64,000 nt of DNA from Actinomycetota bacterium. GTDB taxonomy: Bacteria; Actinomycetota; Geothermincolia; Geothermincolales; RBG-13-55-18. A program made the translations under genes and the position numbers. Shown here in pieces: positions 8,514-18,278 of the stretch. The stretch is from contig MU158684.1 in assembly GCA_015711955.1 (NCBI GenBank), forward strand, positions 11,815 through 75,814, read 5' to 3'. Numbering within the stretch: position 1 is the first letter of the stretch; each line of letters starts with the position of its first letter. The notes beneath the pieces are model-generated. The model searched no databases. It was not told the origin of the DNA and worked only from the letters and a program-made list of their open reading frames with translations.

Positions 8514-11226
8514 GCTCTTCCTCCCAGTGCCCTCCCCCTTCCTGCTGGCTCTGTATGGCGTCCACGATGCTGCTGTATGCCACGATGCTTCGGTCCACCA
8601 GGTCCATGGCTGAGGAGACCAGCAAAGTCAGGGACTCGTCTTCGGCGACCTCCTTGATTTGGCGGAGCAGGTCGATGACTTGCTTCATGCAGCGGACGAA
8701 ATCCCCCGCCGAATACTGGGGATAGGTGGCGGTTATGTGTTCCAGGTCCTCCCCCGAGGCCCAGTCATATGCCACGGGCACGAAACCGGTGTCCACCGGC
8801 TTGAGCAGGTCAAGGCCCTCTTCCCGCTCTAACTCCTTTATCTCCTCCTGCCGCCTCAAGGCCCAGTCTATGGACCTTTCCAGTTGGGGGGTGGGATAGG
8901 ACGCCTTCTCCCGCACTTTAGCCTTCTCACCCCTTTCCCGGGGAACGGGGCCCGATTCCCTGGACTCGTAGACGAAGATGCTCGCGAAAGCCGCCGCCTC
9001 TTCCGGTCTGAGGAGGTGGAACACCCCTTCCTCTAAGGCCTCCACCAGCAGGAGGTCGCATTCGTTGTATATCCTTCCCAAGACCATGCCCTTGGGAGTG
9101 GGGGATCCGTCCTCCAGGTAACCGAGTTTGACCAAGAGCCTCTTCACGTTCTCGAGTTTCCGGGAGGCCACCTCGCTGCGGGCTTCCATCTGGTCGTTGA
9201 TGGCGCGCACTTCCCGCCTGAGGTCCAGCACCCGGCGAAAACCGAACACGCACTCCTCCCTTTTGGGGCAAAAGTGACAGGGGTGAACCGCAAGTTGTTT
9301 TCTGGTCTCCTCTATCTCCTCTCGCATGGGAGGATGAGGTTCTTCTTCCCACCTCTCCGGCTCCGGCAGCTCCAGCTCCCTTAGGAAGCGGCGGACCTCC
9401 CGTTCCCTTATCCTCCCGCCGGGAGAGAGCAGCGAGGGAGGGAGATGGGCTATGGCTTGGGGTGGCTGGGGGAAATGTTGGTGGGTGGCCTTGAGGAAAC
9501 GGCCTCGCGAGTCCATGACGGTGAGGCGAGGGTTACCGTGTCGGTCCTCCGACAGACCGAGGACCACGGCCGCCCGCCTTTCCCCCTTGCGCTGGATGAC
9601 CACCACGTCCCCCACGGCGGTCTCTTCCATCTCCCTGTGGATAAGTTCCCTCCTTCTTTTGCGCCTCTCCTCCGCGGCTTCTTTCTCCATCTCGGAGAGC
9701 CGGCGTCTCAGCCCGAAGTATTCCTCCACGTTTCCCTCATCGCACGAGAGTTCCCTCTCGAGCTCGGCCAGACGGCTTTCCAACCTGTTGCGGGCCCTCT
9801 CCAGCCTCACCACCTCCCGATCGGCTAAGAACTGGGCGAAGCTGGAGTTGAGGAGGTGGACCGCCGTCTCGTGGTCGTAGTATCGGAGGAGGTTAACCGC
9901 CATGTTGTAGGATAGGGAAAAACTGGATGTGATGGGAAGGCTTTCCGCTTGGGCTAGCCTCCTCACCTCCTCGAAAGAGACCATGGGATTGTACAAGGTG
10001 ACCGCGTTCCCCACCTTATCGATACCCCTACGGCCCGCCCTTCCGGTGAACTGGGTGTACTCGGTGGGGGTCAGGAACTCGTGGGTCTCGCCGCTGAACT
10101 TGAAAAGGGATTCGATGACCACCGTCTTGGCCGGCATGTTTATCCCCAAAGAAAGGGTCTCGGTGGCGAACACGACTTTTATCAGGCCCTGAGCGAAAAG
10201 GTCCTCCACCAGCTCCTTGAAGAGGGGGAGAAGCCCGGCGTGATGGGAGGCGAGGCCCTTCCTCAAGGCGTCTAACCACAGGTCGAAGTTGAACACCTTC
10301 AGGTCTTGCTGCGACAGGAAGGAAACTCTTTCCAGCACCGTGTCCTCTATCACGTGCTTCTCCTCGGTGGAGGTGAGGTCCAACCCCGCTTCCATGCAAT
10401 GGCCCACGGCGGCGTCACAACCAGCTCGGCTGAAGATGAAATATATGGCGGGAAGCATCCCGGAACGCCTCAACCTGTCCACCACCTCCGCCCGACGAGG
10501 TATCAAGTGGCGGGGGCTGGGCCTCTTGCCTCCCCTTCTCCGGCTGGCCATCCTCTCCATCTCCGCCACCAGCCGGGGAGCCTTGGAGGAAAGGAGGTTC
10601 ACCATGATACCGTCCACCATGAAGAAGTGCCTTAGGGGTACCGGCCTCTCGCCGTGGAACACCGTTCTCACGTCGCCGCGCAAGGTGTTGAGCCATTCGC
10701 CGAATTCCCTGTAATTGGAGACGGTGGCCGAAAGGGCTATTATCTTGACGTCGGTGGGTAAGTGGATGATTATCTCTTCCCACACCGCCCCTCGGAAGGG
10801 ATCCATGAGATAATGACACTCGTCAAGCACCACGTATTTGAGCCCGTACAGGGACGGGGACCTTTCGTAGATCATGTTGCGCAGTACCTCGGTGGTCATG
10901 ATCACCACCGGCGCCTCGGGGTTTATGCTGTTGTCGCCGGTGAGAAGCCCCACCTTCTCGGGCCCGTATTGGGCGCGGAAATCCCTGAACTTCTGGTTGC
11001 TCAGGGCTTTCAGGGGGGTAGTGTAGTAGGTCTTCAGCCCGGACCGTTCCGCTGCCCACACGGCGAACTCCGCAACCACCGTCTTCCCGGAGCCGGTGGG
11101 GGCCACCACCAGTACCGAACGATCCTCGGACAGATGCCTGATGGCTTCGATCTGGAACGGGTCCAAGCTGAAGGGATAGCGGGAGATGAACTCCTCGACT
11201 ATGTCCGGTGTGGCCGTTTCCTTCAC
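8488..11226 (-). CDS. helY: Ski2-like DEAD/DEAH-box RNA helicase (HelY type)
   Basis: APTGSGKT (Walker A), DECH box, SAT, QFTGRAGRRG, and a long C-terminal arch/DSHCT-like region. The 912-aa length fits HelY. Confidence 0.9.
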   Translation of the reverse strand: MKETATPDIVEEFISRYPFSLDPFQIEAIRHLSEDRSVLVVAPTGSGKTVVAEFAVWAAERSGLKTYYTTPLKALSNQKFRDFRAQYGPEKVGLLTGDNSINPEAPVVIMTTEVLRNMIYERSPSLYGLKYVVLDECHYLMDPFRGAVWEEIIIHLPTDVKIIALSATVSNYREFGEWLNTLRGDVRTVFHGERPVPLRHFFMVDGIMVNLLSSKAPRLVAEMERMASRRRGGKRPSPRHLIPRRAEVVDRLRRSGMLPAIYFIFSRAGCDAAVGHCMEAGLDLTSTEEKHVIEDTVLERVSFLSQQDLKVFNFDLWLDALRKGLASHHAGLLPLFKELVEDLFAQGLIKVVFATETLSLGINMPAKTVVIESLFKFSGETHEFLTPTEYTQFTGRAGRRGIDKVGNAVTLYNPMVSFEEVRRLAQAESLPITSSFSLSYNMAVNLLRYYDHETAVHLLNSSFAQFLADREVVRLERARNRLESRLAELERELSCDEGNVEEYFGLRRRLSEMEKEAAEERRKRRRELIHREMEETAVGDVVVIQRKGERRAAVVLGLSEDRHGNPRLTVMDSRGRFLKATHQHFPQPPQAIAHLPPSLLSPGGRIREREVRRFLRELELPEPERWEEEPHPPMREEIEETRKQLAVHPCHFCPKREECVFGFRRVLDLRREVRAINDQMEARSEVASRKLENVKRLLVKLGYLEDGSPTPKGMVLGRIYNECDLLLVEALEEGVFHLLRPEEAAAFASIFVYESRESGPVPRERGEKAKVREKASYPTPQLERSIDWALRRQEEIKELEREEGLDLLKPVDTGFVPVAYDWASGEDLEHITATYPQYSAGDFVRCMKQVIDLLRQIKEVAEDESLTLLVSSAMDLVDRSIVAYSSIVDAIQSQQEGGGHWEEELGEEEDAP

Positions 11227-11271
11227 GTTTATAATTCTACCAGAAGTGGAGGAGCCACAGATGAGGGAAAG

Positions 11272-12135
11272 GTGGAGAGGGAGGTGTCGGGAGACGGCCC
11301 AAGGGAAGCGGTTCCCGGTGAGGAGGGGCAGATCCTCGAATTCTTGGAGCGGGACCCCTTGCGCAATCTCCGGATCGTGTACCCCCTGCGCCGCTATGGC
11401 CTACTGAACCTGGGCTTTCCCGAGCAGGGGCTTTGTCTTGTCCTGTCAAAAAAGGGTGAGGTCGGGGGCGTGCTATTTTGGGACAACCTGGGCCTGGTGC
11501 GTTGGAGCGCACCGAGGATAGAGGCGGAGGCGCTGATGGAGGCCGCGCTGGAGAGGTGGGGGTGCCCGCAAGCCTTGGCGGGCGAGGAAGGGGAGGTGGC
11601 CCACCTTCTCGACCGCTTTCCCGAGCTCCGAAGAGAAGTGGAGCATGTCGAGGAAGAGGTGAGCATGATCCTGGAGCCCCACGCCTTCAGGGGACCTGAT
11701 GGGGGAGCGGAGCTGGCTCGCGGGGAGGATCTCCGGGAATGGATGGAACTGGAAAGAGAGATGCAGGTGGAGATCTTGGGAAGGGCCGCCAGCGCCCGCG
11801 TTCTCCGGCGCGAGGCGAGGCTCTTGCTCGGTGAGGGAAGGGCCTTCTTGGTGAGGGAGGATGGAAAGGCCGTTTCCAAGGCGGCTTTGGAGGCGGTTAC
11901 TCCCGCCGCGGACGAGTTGGGGGGAGTGTACACCCGGAAAAGTCACCGGGGAAGGGGTTACGCTCTCTCGGCTTGCGGTGCTGCCTGCGCGAGCTCGCTG
12001 AGCCGCGGCAAACGAGTGAGGTTGGAGACGCAGAGGGACAACCTGCCCGCCATTTCCCTGTACCGCCGCTTGGGATTTGTTACCATGTGGAACCACCTGG
12101 TGGTGCGCCTGAAGGGTGAAGGCCCATCCCCGTAA
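11272..12135 (+). CDS. GNAT-family N-acetyltransferase
   Basis: The C-terminal block LGGVYTRKSHRGRGYALSACGAAC...ISLYRRLGF is an acetyl-CoA-binding GNAT motif. The 5' part of the track ORF (10762-) overlaps helY antisense. I place the start at the GTG at 11272 or 11284 (uncertain). Confidence 0.6.
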   Translation: MEREVSGDGPREAVPGEEGQILEFLERDPLRNLRIVYPLRRYGLLNLGFPEQGLCLVLSKKGEVGGVLFWDNLGLVRWSAPRIEAEALMEAALERWGCPQALAGEEGEVAHLLDRFPELRREVEHVEEEVSMILEPHAFRGPDGGAELARGEDLREWMELEREMQVEILGRAASARVLRREARLLLGEGRAFLVREDGKAVSKAALEAVTPAADELGGVYTRKSHRGRGYALSACGAACASSLSRGKRVRLETQRDNLPAISLYRRLGFVTMWNHLVVRLKGEGPSP

Positions 12136-12250
12136 AGGGTGGCCGCTCCGCTTTTCAAGCCATGCGTCTGAGGCTGGAATCACAAGACGTGGAGGACGAG
12201 CCCCTGACGGAAGTCTTGGCGGGTAGCCTTGGTCGAGAGGAGGGTTCGAG

Positions 12251-13579
12251 TTGCGGGGAGAAAAAGGAGAATTCTGGGATCCTGAAGTGGAGCTCTTAAG
12301 CGCTGAAGAAATAAGGGGACTTCAACTTCGAAGGCTCAAAGAAACGCTCCGGCGCTGCGCAAGAAGCCCCTTTTACAGGCGCTGGTTTCGGGAAGCGGGC
12401 TTCGATCCCGAGTCCCTAAATTCCCTAGGCGGTTTGAGGGCACTGCCCCCCATGGACAAGGACACCCTGAGGAGCGTGGAGCCCTGGGAGTTCCTCACCG
12501 TGCCCCGGGAGGAGATCGTCAGGATGCACTCTTCCTCCGGTACCACCGGGAGGGCAACCGTGATATTCCATACGTGGAAGGACATACAGGCCTGGACGGA
12601 GCTGGGAGCGCGTTGCCTTTACATGACCGGGGTACGCCGCTCCGACGTATTCCAGAACATGATGGGTTACGGCCTCTTCACCGGGGGCTTGGGATTTCAC
12701 TACGCCGCCGAGAGATTGGGGGCCATGGTGATACCCTCGGGTTCTGGCAACAGCAGGCGCCAGATATACCTGATGAGGGAGTTCGGTACCACCGTGGTGC
12801 ACGTGATCCCCAGCTACGCCCTCTACTTGCTGGACGTGTTCAGCGATATGGGCCTGGACCCCCGCAAGGATACCCGCCTGCGCATAGCCTTGATAGGGGC
12901 GGAGCCGCACACGGAAGATCTCCGCCGTCGGCTGGAGGAGGCCTACGGATTAAGGGCCTTCAACTCCTACGGGCTTTCCGAGATGAGCGGTCCGGGCGTG
13001 GCTTTCGAGTGTCCTTTCCAGGACGGCATGCACGTTTGGGAAGACGCCTTCATCATGGAAGTCCTGGATCCCGACACCTTGGAACCGGTTCCGGACGGCG
13101 AGGAGGGCGAGCTGGTGTTCACCACTCTCCACCGGGAGGGCATGCCACTGCTCCGCTACCGTACCCGGGACTTGGCTTGCGCGTATCCCGGTCGCTGCCG
13201 GTGCGGAAGGTGGCATCGTCGCATCTCCCGCATCAAGGGAAGGAGCGACGACATGTTCATAGTCAAAGGGGTCAACGTCTTCCCCATGCAAGTGGAGAAG
13301 GTTTTGCTCCAGAGCATGGGAGTGGGTACCAATTACCAGATCCTTTTGGAGATGGTGGGAAACAGGGAGGAGATGAGGGTTCGAGTAGAGGTGACGGACG
13401 AGCTGTGGCGGGGGGACGTGAGGGAGCTCAAATCCCTGCAGAAGAGGATAACCGCCGCCTTGCGGGACGAGATTTTGGTGACACCGGTGGTGGAGTTGGT
13501 GGAACCCGGCTCGCTGCCGAGGAGCGAGGGCAAGGCGGTGAGGGTGGTGGACATGCGTAAGGATCTGGGAGGGGAATGA
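12251..13579 (+). CDS. paaK: phenylacetate-CoA ligase family (adenylate-forming)
   Basis: SSGTTGRATV AMP-binding motif, YGLSE, GRSDDMFIVKGVNVFP. About 440 aa, typical of the PaaK family. TTG start. Confidence 0.85.
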   Translation: MRGEKGEFWDPEVELLSAEEIRGLQLRRLKETLRRCARSPFYRRWFREAGFDPESLNSLGGLRALPPMDKDTLRSVEPWEFLTVPREEIVRMHSSSGTTGRATVIFHTWKDIQAWTELGARCLYMTGVRRSDVFQNMMGYGLFTGGLGFHYAAERLGAMVIPSGSGNSRRQIYLMREFGTTVVHVIPSYALYLLDVFSDMGLDPRKDTRLRIALIGAEPHTEDLRRRLEEAYGLRAFNSYGLSEMSGPGVAFECPFQDGMHVWEDAFIMEVLDPDTLEPVPDGEEGELVFTTLHREGMPLLRYRTRDLACAYPGRCRCGRWHRRISRIKGRSDDMFIVKGVNVFPMQVEKVLLQSMGVGTNYQILLEMVGNREEMRVRVEVTDELWRGDVRELKSLQKRITAALRDEILVTPVVELVEPGSLPRSEGKAVRVVDMRKDLGGE

Positions 13580-13580
13580 G

Positions 13581-14009
13581 ATGGCCCATCAGGTGAACGT
13601 TTTTCTGGCCGACAGGCCGGGAAGGCTGGAGAGGCTGACGGGGGCGTTGGCGGACAAGGGGATAAACATCCGCGCCATAACCATCGCCGGGTCCGAAGGC
13701 TACGGGGTGGCGAAGCTGCTGGTGGACCGACCTGAGGATGCCCATTCCGTGCTCCACGAGGAAGGTTTCTCCGCCCATCTCAAGGAGGTGCTTGCGGTGT
13801 TGATGGAGGACCGTCCTGGGGGCTTGCACGCCGTGTGCGCCGCTCTGGGAGAGAAAGGCATAAACATCGAGGACGCCTACGGTTTCGTGGTGAAGGATCG
13901 GGAGACGGCGGTGCTGGTGATGGAGGTGGAGAAGATCCCCGAGGCGGAAGACGTACTCAGGGGCGCTGGCTTCCATATCCTGGAAGACCATGAACTGTAC
14001 GGCTTATGA
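13581..14009 (+). CDS. tandem ACT-domain protein
   Basis: Two repeats of the pattern xxDRPGxLxxxxxALxxKGINIxxxxxx. The gene is translationally adjacent to paaK. Confidence 0.85.
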   Translation: MAHQVNVFLADRPGRLERLTGALADKGINIRAITIAGSEGYGVAKLLVDRPEDAHSVLHEEGFSAHLKEVLAVLMEDRPGGLHAVCAALGEKGINIEDAYGFVVKDRETAVLVMEVEKIPEAEDVLRGAGFHILEDHELYGL

Positions 14010-14334
14010 GGACCCGAGGTCGCCTGTTAGGCGGCGGCCTCCGCGATACGGTAGTTCTTGCCTGAAATCGCAACTCGTGTCGCTGGGCAAGGCCTGTTGG
14101 TGGCGTTTGTCGGGCCTTGGCTCCCCCGGTGGCCGTACTGAACGTTTTCGTTGGGGACGGCGTGGATTACATCATGCGTCCGTCCGGTTTTGGGGCCTGG
14201 GCGAACGTTCGCGAGGGGAAGCCTGCTCGGTGCGGGGAACCTCGCTCCAGGAGCGGAAATCCGCCTTGCGCGGCAAGTGAAGAGTTTCGGGGATTATAAT
14301 CGATACGGGCGCTGATTTCCGAGGAGGAGGGCTT

Positions 14335-15966
14335 GTGGACCTGGGCCGCGGCGTCCTCGAACTTCTGGCGAAGGACCTCGAGGAAGGGGTGGTACTGCTC
14401 GACCCCGCGCTCAAGGTCGTCCTGGCCAACCGGGCGGCCCTGCAGCTCGTAGGCTGCCATACAGTTGAAGAACTTGCCTCCCGACTGGAGATCCTCCTGA
14501 GCCCTCAAGCCCTGCAGCTGGCCCTTTCGGGGGTCGAGGTTCTCAACGCCCCGTGTCCGGTGCCCGGCAGGGACGGACAGCCCTTGCTTTGTTCCCTCCT
14601 TCCCCTATCGGAGGCTGGCGGCGAAGGGATGCTGGTCTTGGTCAAACCGGGCAGGGTTTTCTCCACCCCCCCTATGGAGAGCTGGCTCATGTGGGGAAGG
14701 AGATACCTGGACCAGGTGACCTACGAATTGCACGAAGGCATCTGCTACCTGGATGGGAAGGGCAGGTTAATATACGCCAACCGAGCATTCCAGGAGCTGT
14801 GCCAAAAAGAATTCCAAGAAATGGCAGGAAAACACATCGCCTCCGTGCTCAAGGTCTCAGCTCGTCCCTTTTCCCTAATGGAGATCGTCGATCGCACTTT
14901 CAAGGAGGGGACTTGGACCGGGGAACTGGAGGTGGAAAGCGGCAGTGGCCACCGGCACCTGCTTTTGACCAGCGCTCTGGTGCGAGGCGAGAACGACAAG
15001 GCTCTCGGGGTGGCGGTTTTGGCCAGGGACATAACCGAAAGGAAGCAATTGGAAATAGAAATGCAGAGGCGCAACAGAGAGTTAAGCCTGGTCTTCGACC
15101 TCATCCGCTTGGCCGCCGGTTATGGGGACCTTAGCACCACCCTCAAGAAGTCGTTGGCTCGTATCCTCGCCATCACCCGGTCGGAGGCGGGAGGGATAAT
15201 GGTCCTGGAGAGGGAGGGAGAGGTAAAAGTGGCCGCCTATCAGGGCCTTACCTATAAGAGCGCCCGGGATCTGGCCGGAAAGGAGTTGGCTAATAGGTTC
15301 TACGTGAAGATGTTGGAAGAGGGCAAGGCCATGATGATAGAGCCGCGGGAAGAAGGGCTAGTCGTTCATGGGATGCGGGGGGAGCTGGGCTCGCTGGCTA
15401 TGGCCCCGATGGTGTTCGGAAGGCTGAGGAACGGCATCCTGATCGTGGGCCACAAGGACCCTCATCACTTCCGCCCTCAGGACCTCCAGGCGCTGGTGTC
15501 TTTGGCTTCACAGTTAGGAATAGTGTTCGAGCTGGCGGGTTTGCTGGACGAACTTCGACGGAACTTGGAGGAATTGGGAAGGGAGCGGGACTTTTCCCGT
15601 TCCCTTGTGGACTCCATGCCCAGCGCCTTGGTCCTTTTGGACGAGAGGGGAAAGGTTTCTTACGTGAACCGCAGGTTCACGGAGCTTCTCGGCTATTCCT
15701 TCGAGGAGGTGAAGGGCCGCCATCTCGGGTTCCTGTTCCCCAAGGGAAGGCGCAGGAAGGCCATGCGCACCGTGATGACCCGGCAGCGGGGGGAAAGGAT
15801 TCGCGAGGAGATAGTGGTGGTGGACGCCCGCGGTGGCGAGCGAACCGTAATCCTCACCTCCACTCCCCGGCCGTACGAGGCAGGGGAGTACCGGGGAGTG
15901 ATAGTTACCATCACCGAGAAGGATGAGCCGAGCAGAAAGAAAAGGGAGGCGTCGGCCGGCACTTGA
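14335..15966 (+). CDS. PAS-PAS-GAF-PAS sensor protein with no recognisable output domain
   Basis: PAS-like blocks (VVLANRAALQLVG; ICYLDGKGRLIYANRAFQELC; LVLLDERGKVSYVNRRFTELLGY) and a central GAF-like segment. There is no H-box, GGDEF, EAL or HTH. GTG start. Confidence 0.75.
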   Translation: MDLGRGVLELLAKDLEEGVVLLDPALKVVLANRAALQLVGCHTVEELASRLEILLSPQALQLALSGVEVLNAPCPVPGRDGQPLLCSLLPLSEAGGEGMLVLVKPGRVFSTPPMESWLMWGRRYLDQVTYELHEGICYLDGKGRLIYANRAFQELCQKEFQEMAGKHIASVLKVSARPFSLMEIVDRTFKEGTWTGELEVESGSGHRHLLLTSALVRGENDKALGVAVLARDITERKQLEIEMQRRNRELSLVFDLIRLAAGYGDLSTTLKKSLARILAITRSEAGGIMVLEREGEVKVAAYQGLTYKSARDLAGKELANRFYVKMLEEGKAMMIEPREEGLVVHGMRGELGSLAMAPMVFGRLRNGILIVGHKDPHHFRPQDLQALVSLASQLGIVFELAGLLDELRRNLEELGRERDFSRSLVDSMPSALVLLDERGKVSYVNRRFTELLGYSFEEVKGRHLGFLFPKGRRRKAMRTVMTRQRGERIREEIVVVDARGGERTVILTSTPRPYEAGEYRGVIVTITEKDEPSRKKREASAGT

Positions 15967-16044
15967 GGGTCTCGATCCGCTCGTGACCTCGAGAGGAGCT
16001 TTTTGGCGGAAACCCTTTTGGGGATCGAACGCGGGATTTCCCAC

Positions 16045-16503
16045 ATGAAATACGGAAGACAGGTGTCGGCGGGAGGCGTCCTGTTCAGGCCATCCGCCGG
16101 CGGCGGATACGAGATAGCGTTGATAAAGCCTCGGGGTAAGAAAGCATACGCCCTTCCCAAGGGTCTGGTGGAAGAGGGCGAGGAGCCCGAGAGGGCTGCC
16201 CTCAGGGAGGTGGAGGAGGAGACGGGCATGAGGGGTGAGATCACCGACTACTTGGGATACGTGAAATATTATTATTACTCAAAGGAAGAGGACACCAGGT
16301 ATTTCAAATTGGTCCATTTTTACTTGATGCGATGGACTGGAGGGATGGACAAGGATCACGACTGGGAGGTGGAGGGAGTGGAGTGGGTGCCCCTGGAAAA
16401 GGCAGTCGGGATGATGAGTTATCGCGGCGAAAGGGAAATCGTGGAAAAGGCCGCTCAGAGGCTTCTCGACAAGCCTGAAAAGGGCGATCAAAAAAGCGGT
16501 TGA
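16045..16503 (+). CDS. NUDIX hydrolase
   Basis: Nudix box GLVEEGEEPERAALREVEEETG. I chose the ATG at 16045 (MKYGRQVSAGGVLF). Confidence 0.85.
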   Translation: MKYGRQVSAGGVLFRPSAGGGYEIALIKPRGKKAYALPKGLVEEGEEPERAALREVEEETGMRGEITDYLGYVKYYYYSKEEDTRYFKLVHFYLMRWTGGMDKDHDWEVEGVEWVPLEKAVGMMSYRGEREIVEKAAQRLLDKPEKGDQKSG

Positions 16504-16609
16504 TCATCTACTCCTCGCCGCGTCCCTGTTGAGCCCCATCGCGTGACGGCGTCCTTTGTGCGATCTTCGTTGGCTTAATAGGTGGGCGTCACAGGATGAG
16601 AGCGTTGCC

Positions 16610-17095
16610 ATGGAATGTGACGCGTGGTTCAAAGTGATCTATACCTTGGGCACCAGCAACAGAACCCAAGGGGAGTTTATGGGGCTTCTGCGAGAGGTGA
16701 GAGCAGAATTGGTCTGTGACGTGCGTTCCTTTCCCTCCAGCTCCCGTTACCCCCACTTCGACAAGGAGAATCTGGAGTCGGCGCTGGCGGCGGGTGGTTT
16801 TCGGTACGTTTGGCTGGGAAGGGAGCTGGGAGGTTATCGCAAGGGGGGGTATTTGGCCTACATGGATACCGACGAGTTCAGGGAGGGGCTCGAGGAGCTG
16901 GAGAGGCTGGCCACCACGCGCCTCACCGTTCTCATATGTGCCGAGCGATTCCCATGGAAGTGCCACCGCCGTTTCATCTCAGCGGCGCTTGAGGAAAGGG
17001 GGTGGGATGTCATCCACATCATCGACAGTGAAAGGTTTTGGTGTGGGCCCAAGACCTCAAGGGGTCTTAAGGACGAGCCAAAACTTTTCGATTAA
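16610..17095 (+). CDS. DUF488-family protein
   Basis: IYTLGTSNRTQGEF...DVRSFPSSSRYPHF...VLICAERFPWKCHRRFI matches the conserved DUF488 pattern as I recall it. Confidence 0.7.
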   Translation: MECDAWFKVIYTLGTSNRTQGEFMGLLREVRAELVCDVRSFPSSSRYPHFDKENLESALAAGGFRYVWLGRELGGYRKGGYLAYMDTDEFREGLEELERLATTRLTVLICAERFPWKCHRRFISAALEERGWDVIHIIDSERFWCGPKTSRGLKDEPKLFD

Positions 17096-17238
17096 GAAAT
17101 ATGGTCGGGGACCTCGGTGGATGAGGGGTTCGGTCGAAAGAACATTAACTCTTGCGGATAGGGTTGTATCCAGGGGAGGGTAGTTTCCGAACGTCGCGCG
17201 AATGAAAGAAAGCCAAGGGAGTCCATTCTTTAGCGTTT

Positions 17239-17931
17239 GTGCGTTTACCGGACCCTAAGATCAAGAGGGGGACGATTCGATTGGTCAAAGCGGACGAAGG
17301 CCCCGAGGATTTGATAAACCTGCTGGAGCAGAAGATGCCCTCCAAAAAGGACCATTGGAGAAGGGTGGCCCATTATGCCGGGATGATCGCCGAGAAGATG
17401 GGCCTGGAGGAAGGACAAAGAGAGCAGGTCATCACGGCCGCTTTATACATGGATGTGGGGATGCTTGAGGTGATGGAGAGATTGGGGTATAGCCTGGAAG
17501 AGGCGGGCGAGCTGGGGGAGGAGGAAAAAAGGATTCTGAGGCTCCATCCCCTCATGAGCGAAAGCATCCTGTCCCTTTACGGTTTTGATTCCCAAGTCCT
17601 TTCCCTGGTTCGATCCCACCACGAGTGGTGGAACGGGAAGGGTTATCCCGACGGACTCACCGAGAAGGAGATACCTCTGGGGGCGAGGATACTCGGCGTG
17701 GCCGATGCTTTTGTGGCCATGACGTCGTGGCGGAGCTACCGGGCTACCCTGGAGGCCAAGGAGGCCCTCAAGGAGATATACGCTAACGGAGGCTTACAGT
17801 TCGACCCGGGAGTGGTGAAGGCGTTCCTTTCCATAATGACCCCCAGGATATACGGGGTGGGGGGGGATGCGGAACGACGCGAGGCAATGGAGCTGTTGAG
17901 AGAGCTCACCGGACTAACGGATGAAGGTTGA
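17239..17931 (+). CDS. HD-GYP-domain protein with a degenerate HD dyad
   Basis: HHEWWNGKGYPDGL (HHExxDGxGYP-like), but the expected LHDIGK block reads LYMDVGM. GTG start. Confidence 0.8.
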   Translation: MRLPDPKIKRGTIRLVKADEGPEDLINLLEQKMPSKKDHWRRVAHYAGMIAEKMGLEEGQREQVITAALYMDVGMLEVMERLGYSLEEAGELGEEEKRILRLHPLMSESILSLYGFDSQVLSLVRSHHEWWNGKGYPDGLTEKEIPLGARILGVADAFVAMTSWRSYRATLEAKEALKEIYANGGLQFDPGVVKAFLSIMTPRIYGVGGDAERREAMELLRELTGLTDEG

Positions 17932-18278
17932 CGAGAGCCGCCCGCAGCCGACACCTTCACCCGTCCCCAACGCCATCGCTCGGGGTGATGGCGTCGTTCC
18001 GCGATGAGGTCAGGATTTGAGGATGTGGAATTCCCCGGGAGGTGGCCGCCGAAAACGTTTGACTCGGGGAACGTCCTTGAGAGGCGTTCCAGAGTAGACT
18101 CGGGCTTTGCAGGGTTGAGTGATTCGAGATCCGCCCCTCTTTCGTCCCCGCCATGGGACCGTGTGACCGCGGTATCGCAAAAATCGGCCTGTGCCGAGTT
18201 CCCTTCGTGGAATCCATTACCTCGCTGTGTTATCTTTATGGGCACGACCGCGGGTTTTCTCGGTGATGCAGTCAAAGG

